Shown: in pieces, positions 51,735-62,423 of the stretch
Layout: each line of letters opens with the position of its first letter
How positions within the stretch are numbered: position 1 is the stretch's first letter
Source: Octopus sinensis
Lineage: Eukaryota
DNA length: 64,000 nt
Direction: 5' to 3'
NCBI RefSeq assembly: GCF_006345805.1
Contig: NC_042997.1
Coordinates: 131,812,001 to 131,876,000, forward strand
Program-made: the position numbers and the translations under genes
Notes under the pieces: generated by a model
What the model saw: only the letters and a program-made list of their open reading frames with translations
Told to the model about the DNA's origin: nothing
Database searches by the model: none

Positions 51735-52535
51735 GTAAGTGAGGAAATATGTGTCTTTTTTTTCGCTTTCTTTTTCGATACTAGTATCAATATGTAGTGG
51801 AACTTCTCGGCGATGAATTAGTTGGTTAGTTAGCGTCTATTTATTCCATTCCATGTGCTTCATTCTAGTCTATTATAATGCCAGTCCAGGACTCTAGGTA
51901 GTAATATATCAATGTATTATACCAGTTAAAGAAAAGATAAATAGTTGAAGAGTTTAATAGTTCTTATATAAAATGTCTCTATGCAAGCATCATTTGAGAA
52001 TGTTTGAGGAATTCTTATATATTTCCATATATTATTTTGATTTTGTATTTGGTTTGTAAGATTCTTGATGTGAACTTATGCATTGAGACATATTCTGTTG
52101 TGTCACAAGAGGGCCATTATGCCAATAATAAACACACACACACTGGTTATGTTTCACTTCTTTATTTTTACTTATCAATTGGTTAAATATTTAACCAATT
52201 AACTAATTGATTGTTTGATTAGTCATTCAGTCAGTCAATCAATTAGCTAAGTCTTTCATCATTTGCAATTTTATAAATGATATACTTTCTCTAAACCAGA
52301 TCAACTTCAGGTCAATCTGTTTCAGACAGGCAAATATATTTATCATTAGAGCATGTATTTATCATAGAAAGAGTAGATAGATCTTTGGAAATTGTGCCTG
52401 TAATACTTGTTTGATTCTTTCTTGAGTTGTTTCCTTTAGCTTACTCCCCATACTTGCAATTCCTGTAAAGAGTTAAACATGTTGAAGAAGGATTGACTGT
52501 GTTGTCAGTTTGATTGTATTACAATAAATCTGAGA

Positions 52536-53195
52536 TCATCATCATCATCATTTAACGTCTGCTTTCCATGCTAGCATGGGTTGGACGTTTTGACTAAGGA
52601 CTGGCGAACGAGATGGTTGCACCAGCTCCAGTCTGATCTGGCAGAGTTTCTACAGCTGGATGCCCTTCCTAACGCCAACCACTCTGAGAATATAGTGGGT
52701 GCTTTTACGTGCCACTGGCATGAGGGCCAGTCAGGCGGTACTGGCAACGGTCATGCTCAGATGGTGTTTTTTACGTGCCACTTGCACAAGAGCCAGTCCA
52801 GTGGCACTGGCAACGACCTCGCTCAAAAGTTTTTTTCAAATGCCACCAGCCCAAGTGCTGGTAAGGCAATGCTGGTAATGATCACACTCAAATGGTACTT
52901 TTAACGTGGCACTGGCACAGAAGCTAGTTAGCTACTCTGGCAACGATCCCGCTCAGATGGTGCTCTTAGCGCTCCACTAGCACGAATGCCAGTCATCGAA
53001 TTTGATTTTGATTTCACTTTCCTCAACAGGTCTTCACAAGCAGAGTTTAGTGTCCAATGAAGGAAAGGTATGCATTAGTGGGCTGGTTACACCCCTGGCA
53101 TAGGCCATGGGTTATGGTCTCACTTGGCTTGCTGGGTTTTCTCAAGCACAGCATATTTCCAAAGGTCTCAGTCACTAGTCATTGCTTCGGTGAGG
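52536..53195 (-). mobile_element. 5'-truncated RTE LINE with expanded UTR repeat
   Basis: Minus strand GLTEAMTSD*DLWKYAVLEKT, a UTR with about five ttttacgtgccac units, and a (cat)n tail at 52536. Confidence 0.8.
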
Positions 53196-53211
53196 CCTGT
53201 TGTCTTAAATG

Positions 53212-53775
53212 TGCAAGAATGGCTGTGTGGTTAAAAAGTGTGCTTTGCAACCACATGGTCTCAGGTACAGTCCCACTGTGTGACACCTTGGGATAGTGCT
53301 GTTTACCATAACCTTTGGCCAACCAAAACCTTGTAAGTGAATTTGGTAGAGAGAAACTGCATGGAAGCCTATCATGTGTGTGTGTGAGCATGCCTCTTGG
53401 TATTTGTCTCCCACCACCACTTGGTAACTGATGTTGGTTTGTTTACATCCCTGTAACTTAGTGTTTCAGCAAAAGAGGCCTGTAGAATAAGTGCTATACT
53501 TAGCCCTGTCACACAGTATTCCCACTATAACAGGAATAGGTTGGACATCATCCCTGCTGGATTCCTGGTAAAGGGGTAATGAATAACACATGTAGTAAAA
53601 GAATATGGAACTATTTTTATGCTCAGGAGCGCAAGTGGAGGTAAAGTTAGACACAGGAGCCCAGGTCTGAGAGGGCTAGAAAATAAATACAGGGATTGAG
53701 TTGTTTATCTGAATACTTCAAGGCAGTGCCTCAGCATGGCCACGGTCCAATGACTGAGACAGATAAAAGATAAAA
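53212..53775 (+). mobile_element. Old SINE family A with a 178-bp insert (53501-53678)
   Basis: SINE A motifs lie on both sides. The insert is bounded by short inverted ends tagccct / agggcta. Confidence 0.6.
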
Positions 53776-53955
53776 GGTTAATATAGTAAAGAATTTCTGT
53801 GCCTGGGTTTTCATCTATATTTTCGTAAAAATTGTGTAGATTAAACTTAACAATACTTCATTGTATTAGAAAAATTTTTGCGTTCATCTTTTTTTAAATG
53901 TCTTTTTATTACTTTTATTTCTTACTTATATATTTATCTATCTATTATTTTAAAG

Positions 53956-53999
53956 CTACAACAAAGAAAAGGTTTGAAAATGGCAAGAGAGGTTATTCC
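53956..53999 (+). CDS. GRIP1: Candidate short GRIP linker exon (44 nt)
   Basis: T-rich tract ending ttttaaag, perfect gtaagt donor at 54000. Open in the phase-1 frame left by the previous exon: (T)TTKKRFENGKRGYS, ending in phase 0. No homology recognised. Confidence 0.5.
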
Positions 54000-55157
54000 G
54001 TAAGTATTCTTGATTTACAGTTATTTTACTTTGAAAAGTATCACTTCTTTAATTGTGAATGAAACCTGTTAAGAAATACAGGGTTTTACAGTTCCCTGAA
54101 CAATATGGAGGTTTCTGCTAGCAGAGTTGTTAAAGCATTAGTCAAAATGCTAGCAATATTTCTTCTGGCTCTAGTTCTGGGGATCAGATAGAAGGGTTCA
54201 TGTTATCAGCTTAACCCTCTTCTTAAAGTCGCTGACCTCATGTCAAAGTTTGAAACCATATGGAAACAAGCTAACAGAATTGTTACCACATTAGACAAAA
54301 CGCCTTGTGGTATTATTTTTGACTCTTTATCATCTGGGTTCAAATCCCATTGGTGTCAGCTGTACTTTATATCTTTTCAGGATCAGCGAAATAAAATACC
54401 AGTCAAGAAGCAGGGTTGATGCTATTGACTGACTCCCTCCCCTCAAATCTTCTGGTAATCTTGTACCAAATTTTGAAACTGTAAAGCTGACAGAATTACT
54501 GGTGCATTGGACATAATAATGCCTTGTTGTCCTTTTTTGGGGGGCTCTTTACATTCTAGGACCAAATCCCATTAAAGCCAACTTTCCCTTTCATCCTTTT
54601 GAAATCCATGAAATAAAGTGTGTCATGTATTGGGATCTATGTAATTGACTAACCACCTCCTCCTAAAAATTGCTGGCATTGTGCCAAAATTTGAAACAAT
54701 CATTATTAAGGTAGCAAGGTGGCAGAATTGTTAGGACACCAGACAAAATGCTTAATGGCATTTCGTCTGTCTTTACATTCTGAGTTCAAATTTTGCTGCA
54801 GTTGGCTTCACCTTTCAACCTTTTGGGGATTGATAAAATATGTACCAGTTAAGTATTGAGGCTGATGTAATCGACTAGCCCTCTCCCTTGAAATTTCAGG
54901 CTTTGATCATTATTATTATTATTAAGGTGGTGAGCTGGCAGAATTGTTAACACACCGGGCAAAATGCTTAGCTGCATCTTGTCCATCTTCACATGCTGAG
55001 TTCAAATTCCACCGGGGTCGACTTTGCCTTTCATCTTTTTGGGGTTGATAAATTAAGTACCAGTAAAACACTGGGGTCAATGTAATCTACTAGTTCCCTC
55101 CCCCAAAATTTCAGGCCTTGTGCCTATAGTAGAAAAGATTATTATTATTATTATTAT

Positions 55158-55783
55158 TCGGATGGATGAGGAGAGATGTGTGAAGAAGTACCACTCCCAA
55201 ACAGTTGAAGTAGAGGTAGATCCAGGAAGACAAGGGATGAGGTGGTCAAGCATGACCTTTGAATGTTGGGCCTCACAGAGGCAGTGACAAAAGACCCTAC
55301 CTCTGGCGATATGCTGTGACTCTGAAGACCTGACAAATGAAGTGAATTCATGGCTTGCAGGATGGCTTGCTGTGCTTACCTTGGATCGTAGGGCAACCTG
55401 CTGTGCTTGAGGAGACCTATTGAGTCAAGTACCTCAACATCAAAATATAAATCAAATGGAAATTGTAGTTGTGATACCCGTACTGGTGGCACGTAAAAAG
55501 CACCATTCGAATGTAGCCAATGCCAGCACTGCCTTGACTGGCATCTGTGCCGGTGGCACGTAAAAAGCACCAACTGATCGTGGCCATTGCCAGCCTCCTC
55601 TGGCCCCAGTGCCAGTGGCATGTAAAAAGTAATCACTACACTCATGGAGTGGTTGGCGTTAGGAAGGGCATCCAGCTGTAGAAACATTGCCAGATCAGAC
55701 TGGAGCTTAGTGCAGCCTCCTGGCTTCCCAGACCCCAGTCGAACCGTCCAACCTATGATAGCATGAAAAATGTACGTTAAATG
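55158..55783 (+). mobile_element. 5'-truncated RTE LINE (ORF2 end plus UTR)
   Basis: RMDEERCVKKYHSQTVE / RGRSRKTRDEVVKHDL*MLGLTEAVTKDPTSWRYAV, then a UTR with three gtggcacgtaaaaag units and cgttaaatgat. Confidence 0.8.
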
Positions 55784-57924
55784 ATTATTATTATTATTAT
55801 TATTAAGACTGCGAGATGGTGGAATCATTACTGCACTGGAAAAATTGCTTAGCAGCATTTCCTCTGGATTTATGATCCAAGTTCAAATGTTGCCGAGGTT
55901 ATTTTGCCTTTCATCTTTTGTAAATAAGTACCGGTTGAGTACTGGGTTGATGTAATAACTTACTCTCACCCATGGACTTGGTGGGCTTGTGCCAAAATTT
56001 AAACTCATCATCATCATCATAATTAGTACTATTATTATGACAAGCAGGCAGGAATGGTAGAGTTGGTAGAGCAGCAGACACCATCCCATGCAGTATATAG
56101 TCATTTGTCTTTACATTCTGAGTATGAATTTCATCAAAAGTTGACTTTGTGTTTTGTCTTTTACGGGTTGAGAAAATAAGTACCAGACAAATACTAAGGT
56201 CAAGATCAGCTGTCCTTTATTCACAAAATGTGTAGCCTTGTGCTTATATCATAAATCATCATCATCATCATCAGTGTTGTTGTTGTTATTATTATTATTA
56301 TTATTGAGTGAGAGAGCAGTGCATGCCATCAAAGTGACACTTGGGTAAAATATATGAAGCCCAGTATACCCATCATGACTACCCGTCTGATAAGGGTACA
56401 CCAGGCACATGCATCACAACCATATGTGTGCGACATGGTGATCTCATATCAAGACAAACAGCACATGACCTAGCAGGTGGGGCCCAGTTAAAATTTTCTT
56501 CTGGTCGAGTAACCCATCCCGCTCAAAAGGTCCCTGATTAAGGGTTGTTTAAGGATGTTGAACGAAACACCCATGTTTCCAGAGTTGAATTTTTCAAACC
56601 CCCAAAGAATCCTTCTCAACACATAGCTATGATGCTCCCCCACTACTTCTGCTGAGAGATGCACATATCGTCAGCCACTAAGGGACATGCTCAACTGGTT
56701 AAGGTCAAACAACTGACAAGCAAATCTGTGGTATTGAGCAGAATATTTGCTGAAGCCATCTTTTATACCAAGACAAAACAATGTACATGATAACACTTCC
56801 AATCAGTTAAGATCAGAAGCTACGAGAGCCGCTGCCTGGTACTGCATCAGGGCATTATTATTATTATTATTATTAAGACTGCGAGATGGTGGAATCATTA
56901 CTGCACTGGAAAAATTGCTTAGCAGCATTTCCTCTGGATTTATGATCCAAGTTCAAATGTTGCCGAGGTTATTTTGCCTTTCATCTTTTGTAAATAAGTA
57001 CCGGTTGAGTACTGGGTTGATGTAATAACTTACTCTCACCCATGGACTTGGTGGGCTTGTGCCAAAATTTAAACTCATCATCATCATCATAATTAGTACT
57101 ATTATTATGACAAGCAGGCAGGAATGGTAGAGTTGGTAGAGCAGCAGACACCATCCCATGCAGTATATAGTCATTTGTCTTTACATTCTGAGTATGAATT
57201 TCATCAAAAGTTGACTTTGTGTTTTGTCTTTTACGGGTTGAGAAAATAAGTACCAGACAAATACTAAGGTCAAGATCAGCTGTCCTTTATTCACAAAATG
57301 TGTAGCCTTGTGCTTATATCATAAATCATCATCATCATCATCAGTGTTGTTGTTGTTATTATTATTATTATTATTGAGTGAGAGAGCAGTGCATGCCATC
57401 AAAGTGACACTTGGGTAAAATATATGAAGCCCAGTATACCCATCATGACTACCCGTCTGATAAGGGTACACCAGGCACATGCATCACAACCATATGTGTG
57501 CGACATGGTGATCTCATATCAAGACAAACAGCACATGACCTAGCAGGTGGGGCCCAGTTAAAATTTTCTTCTGGTCGAGTAACCCATCCCGCTCAAAAGG
57601 TCCCTGATTAAGGGTTGTTTAAGGATGTTGAACGAAACACCCATGTTTCCAGAGTTGAATTTTTCAAACCCCCAAAGAATCCTTCTCAACACATAGCTAT
57701 GATGCTCCCCCACTACTTCTGCTGAGAGATGCACATATCGTCAGCCACTAAGGGACATGCTCAACTGGTTAAGGTCAAACAACTGACAAGCAAATCTGTG
57801 GTATTGAGCAGAATATTTGCTGAAGCCCATCTTTTATACCAAGACAAAACAATGTACATGATAACACTTCCAATCAGTTAAGATCAGAAGCTACGAGAGC
57901 CGCTGCCTGGTACTGCATCAGGGC
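55784..57924. repeat. Near-perfect direct tandem duplication, unit 1070 bp
   Basis: 55784-56853 and 56854-57924. Duplicated ORFs are offset by exactly 1070. The only difference I could see is one extra C (gaagccatc vs gaagcccatc). Confidence 0.95.
56306..56853. mobile_element. 548-bp interspersed-type element embedded in (ATT)n (second copy 57376-57924)
   Basis: Non-coding, GC-richer block flanked by (att)n on both sides. Family not recognised. Confidence 0.55.
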
Positions 57925-58709
57925 ATTATTATTATTATTATTATTTGTATTATTATTATTATCATTATTATTATTATAAGGGCAGTGAATTGGTAGAGTG
58001 ATGAGCAACTAATACCTCGCAGCATTTGTTCTTGCTCTTTATAGTCTGGGTTCAAATCTGCCTAGGTTAACTTTACCTTTCATCCTTTCAAAGTTGCTAA
58101 AATTAAGTACCACTTAAGTACTGAAATCAGCATAATTGACTAACCCATTCACCCTTAGATTTGAAGTTCTTGTATCTAAATTACTAACAACTATTATCAT
58201 AACAGTAATGGATGGCAGAATTGTTGGCTCATTGGATGAAATGTTATGCAGTATTTCATTAGATTTCTTCAACTTCTGAGATTAAAACTCACCAAGGTCA
58301 GCTTTGCCGTTGTTTATCCTTCCAGGATCAATAAATTATACTACCACTCAAAAATTATACTACTACTCCAAAATGTTTGGCTAAGTACATCATTATAATT
58401 TTAAGTGTCTACTTTATCATGTCTGCATGGGTTGGACAGTTTATTGAGGCAGATTTTCTGTGGCCGGATGCTCTTCCTATTACTGATCCTTACCTCTTTC
58501 CAAGCAAAGCAATATTTCCCCATGCTCAAAAATGTTTTTGCAGAATATTGGAAATGAATCACGAGGATAAGACAAGAAGACGCAAATACTCTCTTTCTCT
58601 CTCTCTCTCTCTTACGTGTGTGTATATATATATATATATATATAAGAATTTTTTGCATAATGAGATAAAAAAACTAAGGCTGTGTAGATATTAGAACATT
58701 TATAGATAG

Positions 58710-58761
58710 GTCTTACAGCTGTTTCCAGGGTATTTATTAATTATATCCCTTCATCGGAGAC
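58710..58761 (-). ncRNA. Minimal hammerhead-like fold with palindromic AGCU loop
   Basis: Minus strand GUCU CCGAUGA AGGGAUAU-aauuaauaa-AUACCCU G GAAAC AGCU GUA AGAC. It deviates by U4C and one extra G. Confidence 0.6.
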
Positions 58762-58941
58762 AGTGTGAGAGGATGGTTAAGTAAGAATTAATTTAGATGG
58801 GATACAAAATAGAAAGTGAGGTGGAGGAATGAAAATTGATGTGAGATATGTAAGGATATTGAATTTGTAGATCCATTTTTTTAGGCAGAATGGTATATAT
58901 GTAAGATTCCAATACCCTATGCAAAAAATCCAACAGCATTT

Positions 58942-58992
<51 letters not shown>

Positions 58993-58995
<3 letters not shown>

Positions 58996-59140
58996 CAGGC
59001 TTCTTTCACTTTCTATCTTCCACATCTACTTAGAAGACCTTAATCACCATGGGGATATAGAAGAAGATAATTCACTTACCCAAAGTGCCATGCAGTGGAA
59101 CTGAATTGAAAACCATGTGGCTGGAGATCAAACTCCTTGT
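58993..59140 (-). mobile_element. Degraded SINE family A 5' half, inverted
   Basis: gacaggcttctttcacttt...cccaaagtgccatgcagtggaactgaa...aaccatgtgg. Confidence 0.6.
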
Positions 59141-59583
59141 TTCACAACCATTCCCTGTACTTTATTATAAATCATTAGTGTCTTCCTATCAGGTATTAAT
59201 CATTTTACCCAGTCCTTCTTTCCCAGTATGGCAGCCCTCTGGAAATCCCTACTGGGGCTGACTTCCAACAGTTTAAGAGGAACATCCATGGTATCAATGT
59301 TACTATTATAGGTGGACCTGTAAAGGCCTTGTACAAGTTAAAAAGCAGTGGTTGCAGTTAACAGAAACAATTGAATTTCATACTAAATCCTATCAAATAT
59401 TAAGTTTTGGCTTTTATACACTCAGTTCAGCTCCTGCAGAAGCTAACTTTCCTTTTCATGCTTCTAGGTTTGAGACTGATACAATAAAAACATATCTTAA
59501 GCAAGTTAGAAGCAGTTTTACTTTATTTTTATTGTGTTGATTCTATTTTTTCATATATTTTTCTATCTAAACTAAATTATTTT

Positions 59584-59627
59584 TCTTGTGACTCAAGTTT
59601 CATGCCACTGAAATCATCAGGCAAGAA
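59584..59627 (-). ncRNA. Minimal hammerhead-like fold (decayed helix II)
   Basis: Minus strand UUCUUGC CUGAUGA uuucaguggcau GAAAC UUGA GUC ACAAGAA. Confidence 0.55.
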
Positions 59628-61038
59628 CTGTCTTCTTTCGGTATTCAGGTTGGTTTTATATACTTTGAAGCTGGTTTATCCTTTTGTCTATGGCTATCTT
59701 TTTTTAATTGGTTGGGTTCTAATGCTGTTTTGTTGTTGTTTTATTGAGATATTTTCTATAGTTGTTGTCATTTCATTTGTCAATTTATTAGTGGTTCTAA
59801 TTTTTATTGGTTGGCATCATTGTTGTATGTCTACATTTATTTTTTTTTTTAAATTATGCATCTGTAAATTTATTTTTCTTAAATTATCTTTTTATTGTTT
59901 TCTATTGACTATTTCAGTCATCTTTTTTCTTTCTGCTTGTCAACTGTATTGTTATATCTTGTTTTGTCAAAGTTGTTTATTTGTTTATCATTTATTTATT
60001 GGCCAATTCAATAGTCATTCTCTATCTGCTTGTTAATTATGTCATTAATATCCTGTTTTGTGAAATTGTCTGCTTTGAAGTCTGTCAACCTTATAACTTC
60101 TAATTTTATATATAAAGTTGCTAAAATTGTTTTTGATATATTCTGTAAGGAGTTTGTATTTGTTACGTGGTGTCTTTAAACTGTTGTTCTTTTCTATGAT
60201 CTAATTTGTTGATCACTTTGTTTCATTGATCTATTAGTGTTGGCAGTTTTGAGTTTCCGCTGCTATTTTCACTGACATTATTTAATAGGATGTTTACCTT
60301 GATTGCAGTTCAGACAAGTCTTAAAAAGGGAATTTATTCTGGTGCCTGCAGTGGGACATCATCTCAGTTCTTCTGTTGAACAGGCTTATTTCATGCATAA
60401 TTGTAATGTTTTTCTGTTTCATAGTGGCATATCTAAGAACCATTTGTGTATTAAAAGGCATACCTATTATTGCCAGCTTTATATTATCCTCCCTTAGTCC
60501 CAACGTTCTTTGATGAATAGGTGGTAGGAGTGATGAATGAACTGACCAACCAACAGATAATACATGAATGGGAACGCACAAACATACACACACCTACATG
60601 CACACACATGCTGAAGAGAAATACATTCTTTAACCTAATTATCTCTGTATGTGTGTGCTTAGATCAAGGAAAAGTGCTGGCCAATTCGTCTACATTTATG
60701 TAGTTTCCACAGTCAGTTGTGATAGACATAGCTAACCCCAGATATTAGCATTTTTGATACCAACCCGTCTGAGACAGCCTTTGATTCGATATATTTATAT
60801 GTAAATGTAGTGAATTGCTTCAAATACTTGATTATTTAAAAAATTGACTAAAGCCTATAGAGAGTATTTATTTCCTTAGAAATGTGGTTTCAAAAGAGTT
60901 AAACCCATGATAATTTGTAAATATTAAGTACTGTTTGTTGAGATCAAGTATTCTGAAGTAAAAATCATTTTTTAAATAATGATATTCACTTTTGTCTTAA
61001 TCTTCATTCAGTACTAAATCACTTCAAATTTCTTTCAG

Positions 61039-61068
61039 CAAGCATCACCACTGCGCCACCAAGTAACT
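61039..61068 (+). CDS. GRIP1: Candidate GRIP microexon (30 nt)
   Basis: Branch-like tactaaat, acceptor tttctttcag, donor gtgagt. QASPLRHQVT, phase 0-0, compatible with the 44-nt candidate. No homology recognised. Confidence 0.5.
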
Positions 61069-61499
61069 GTGAGTGTATCAATGGTTTATGATTTTGGGTT
61101 CTTTGTTTTGTTTTGTATTTTTTTTTACCAAGAAGCTCATGACTTAACAGTTTCCCCATTCCTCTATTGATACAAACTACTATATTTCAAATTATGTATG
61201 ATTATTTTTTTCATTCCCCTGGCTTGTATCTTCAAATGTGCTCTCCATCTTATCGTGCTTAATTACATTCTTCAAAATGCTTACATTCTACCATGTGATA
61301 TTCATTGCAATTGCAATAGCTATAACATGAATACATTGGTAGTTGTAGTAGTAGTGTGTGTGGTGGCACTGATCCATTGCTCTACAAGAATTTTATCCAC
61401 CTTTAGAAACTAAAATTTGGTAAATTTTTGGCAATCATTTGCTAATACTGATGACTAATTTTGGGCTATTTCCATGAAGTTCAGTATTCCCTCTCTATT

Positions 61500-61667
61500 T
61501 TACTCTTTTACTTGTTTCAGTCATTTGACTGTGGCCATGCTAGAGCACCACCTTTAGTTGCGCAAATCGATGCCAGGACTTATTCTATCAGTCTCTTTTG
61601 CTGAACTGCTAAGGTACGGGGACGTAATCACACCAGTATCAGTTGTCAAGCGATGTTGGGGGGACAA

Positions 61668-61715
<48 letters not shown>

Positions 61716-61872
61716 GACAGGCTTCTTCCAGTTTCCACCTACCAAATCCACTCACAAGGCTATGGTCGGCCTGAGGCTATAGTAGAAGACACTTGCCCAA
61801 GGTGCCACGCAGTGGGACTGAACCCAGAACCATGTGGTTGGTAAGCAAGCTACTTACTACACAGCCACTCCT
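61500..61872 (-). mobile_element. Full-length SINE family A, inverted
   Basis: tactctttacttgtttcagtcatttgactgtggccatgctagagcacc...acacagccactcctacacct. Confidence 0.88.
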
Positions 61873-62423
61873 ACACCTATTCATCATGTTAGACTGACAA
61901 AAATGTTTCTATCAGTATTTTCTCCCATTCCATTTTAGGATGGTGTCTTCCTAATTCAGAAAGCCATTGATATCACCTAAATCTCATAACTCTCTGGACT
62001 GCTGGATCACCATTAGAGATTTTGTCTTCATATAGCACAATTAGAATATCAGCTTCTTAGCTTGTGTGTGTGTATTTTATTATTTATATATAACTATATC
62101 ATAGCCTCATGATATCAAATTACCACATGATTTTGCACCAAAGATGAAGATCCAACTTTACCATTAGAAATGTGTAAAAGGAATAATAGGGCATCATGTA
62201 TGCATATATATTTATATGGAAAAAGTTGACAGTGATTTTGAAGTTTTGGCTTGCTCACCATCCTGTATCTGATGTCAGTGAGCAAGCCTAGACATCAAGG
62301 TCTTTGTCAGCCTTTACATTGTAAAACTTGATATACATTCTACTAAAAAATATTGAGTGATCCTTCTCAGTTTAATGTTCAATTGTTCTGATATATAACT
62401 TCACATAAAAACAAACATTTATA

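Larger units (their letters stand above)
54095..58350 (+). mobile_element. Head-to-tail cluster of about 11 family-B-related SINEs with (ATT)n tails
   Basis: Repeated unit gctggcagaattgtt...aaaatgctta...gttcaaat...ctttgcctttcatc...taagtaccag...ccttgtgcc...attatt. The best-preserved copy is 54923-55157. All copies are on the plus strand. Confidence 0.7.

Noticed and set aside
54095-58350. Regularly recurring motifs as a CRISPR-like array
   Set aside because: The context is a eukaryotic intron, the units are 200+ bp diverged SINEs, and there are no constant-length repeats with unique spacers or cas genes.
59602-60036. 144-aa hydrophobic plus-strand ORF
   Set aside because: It results from extreme T-richness (Phe/Leu/Ile/Val bias) and shows no domain features. 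More likely the antisense of a decayed A-rich element.
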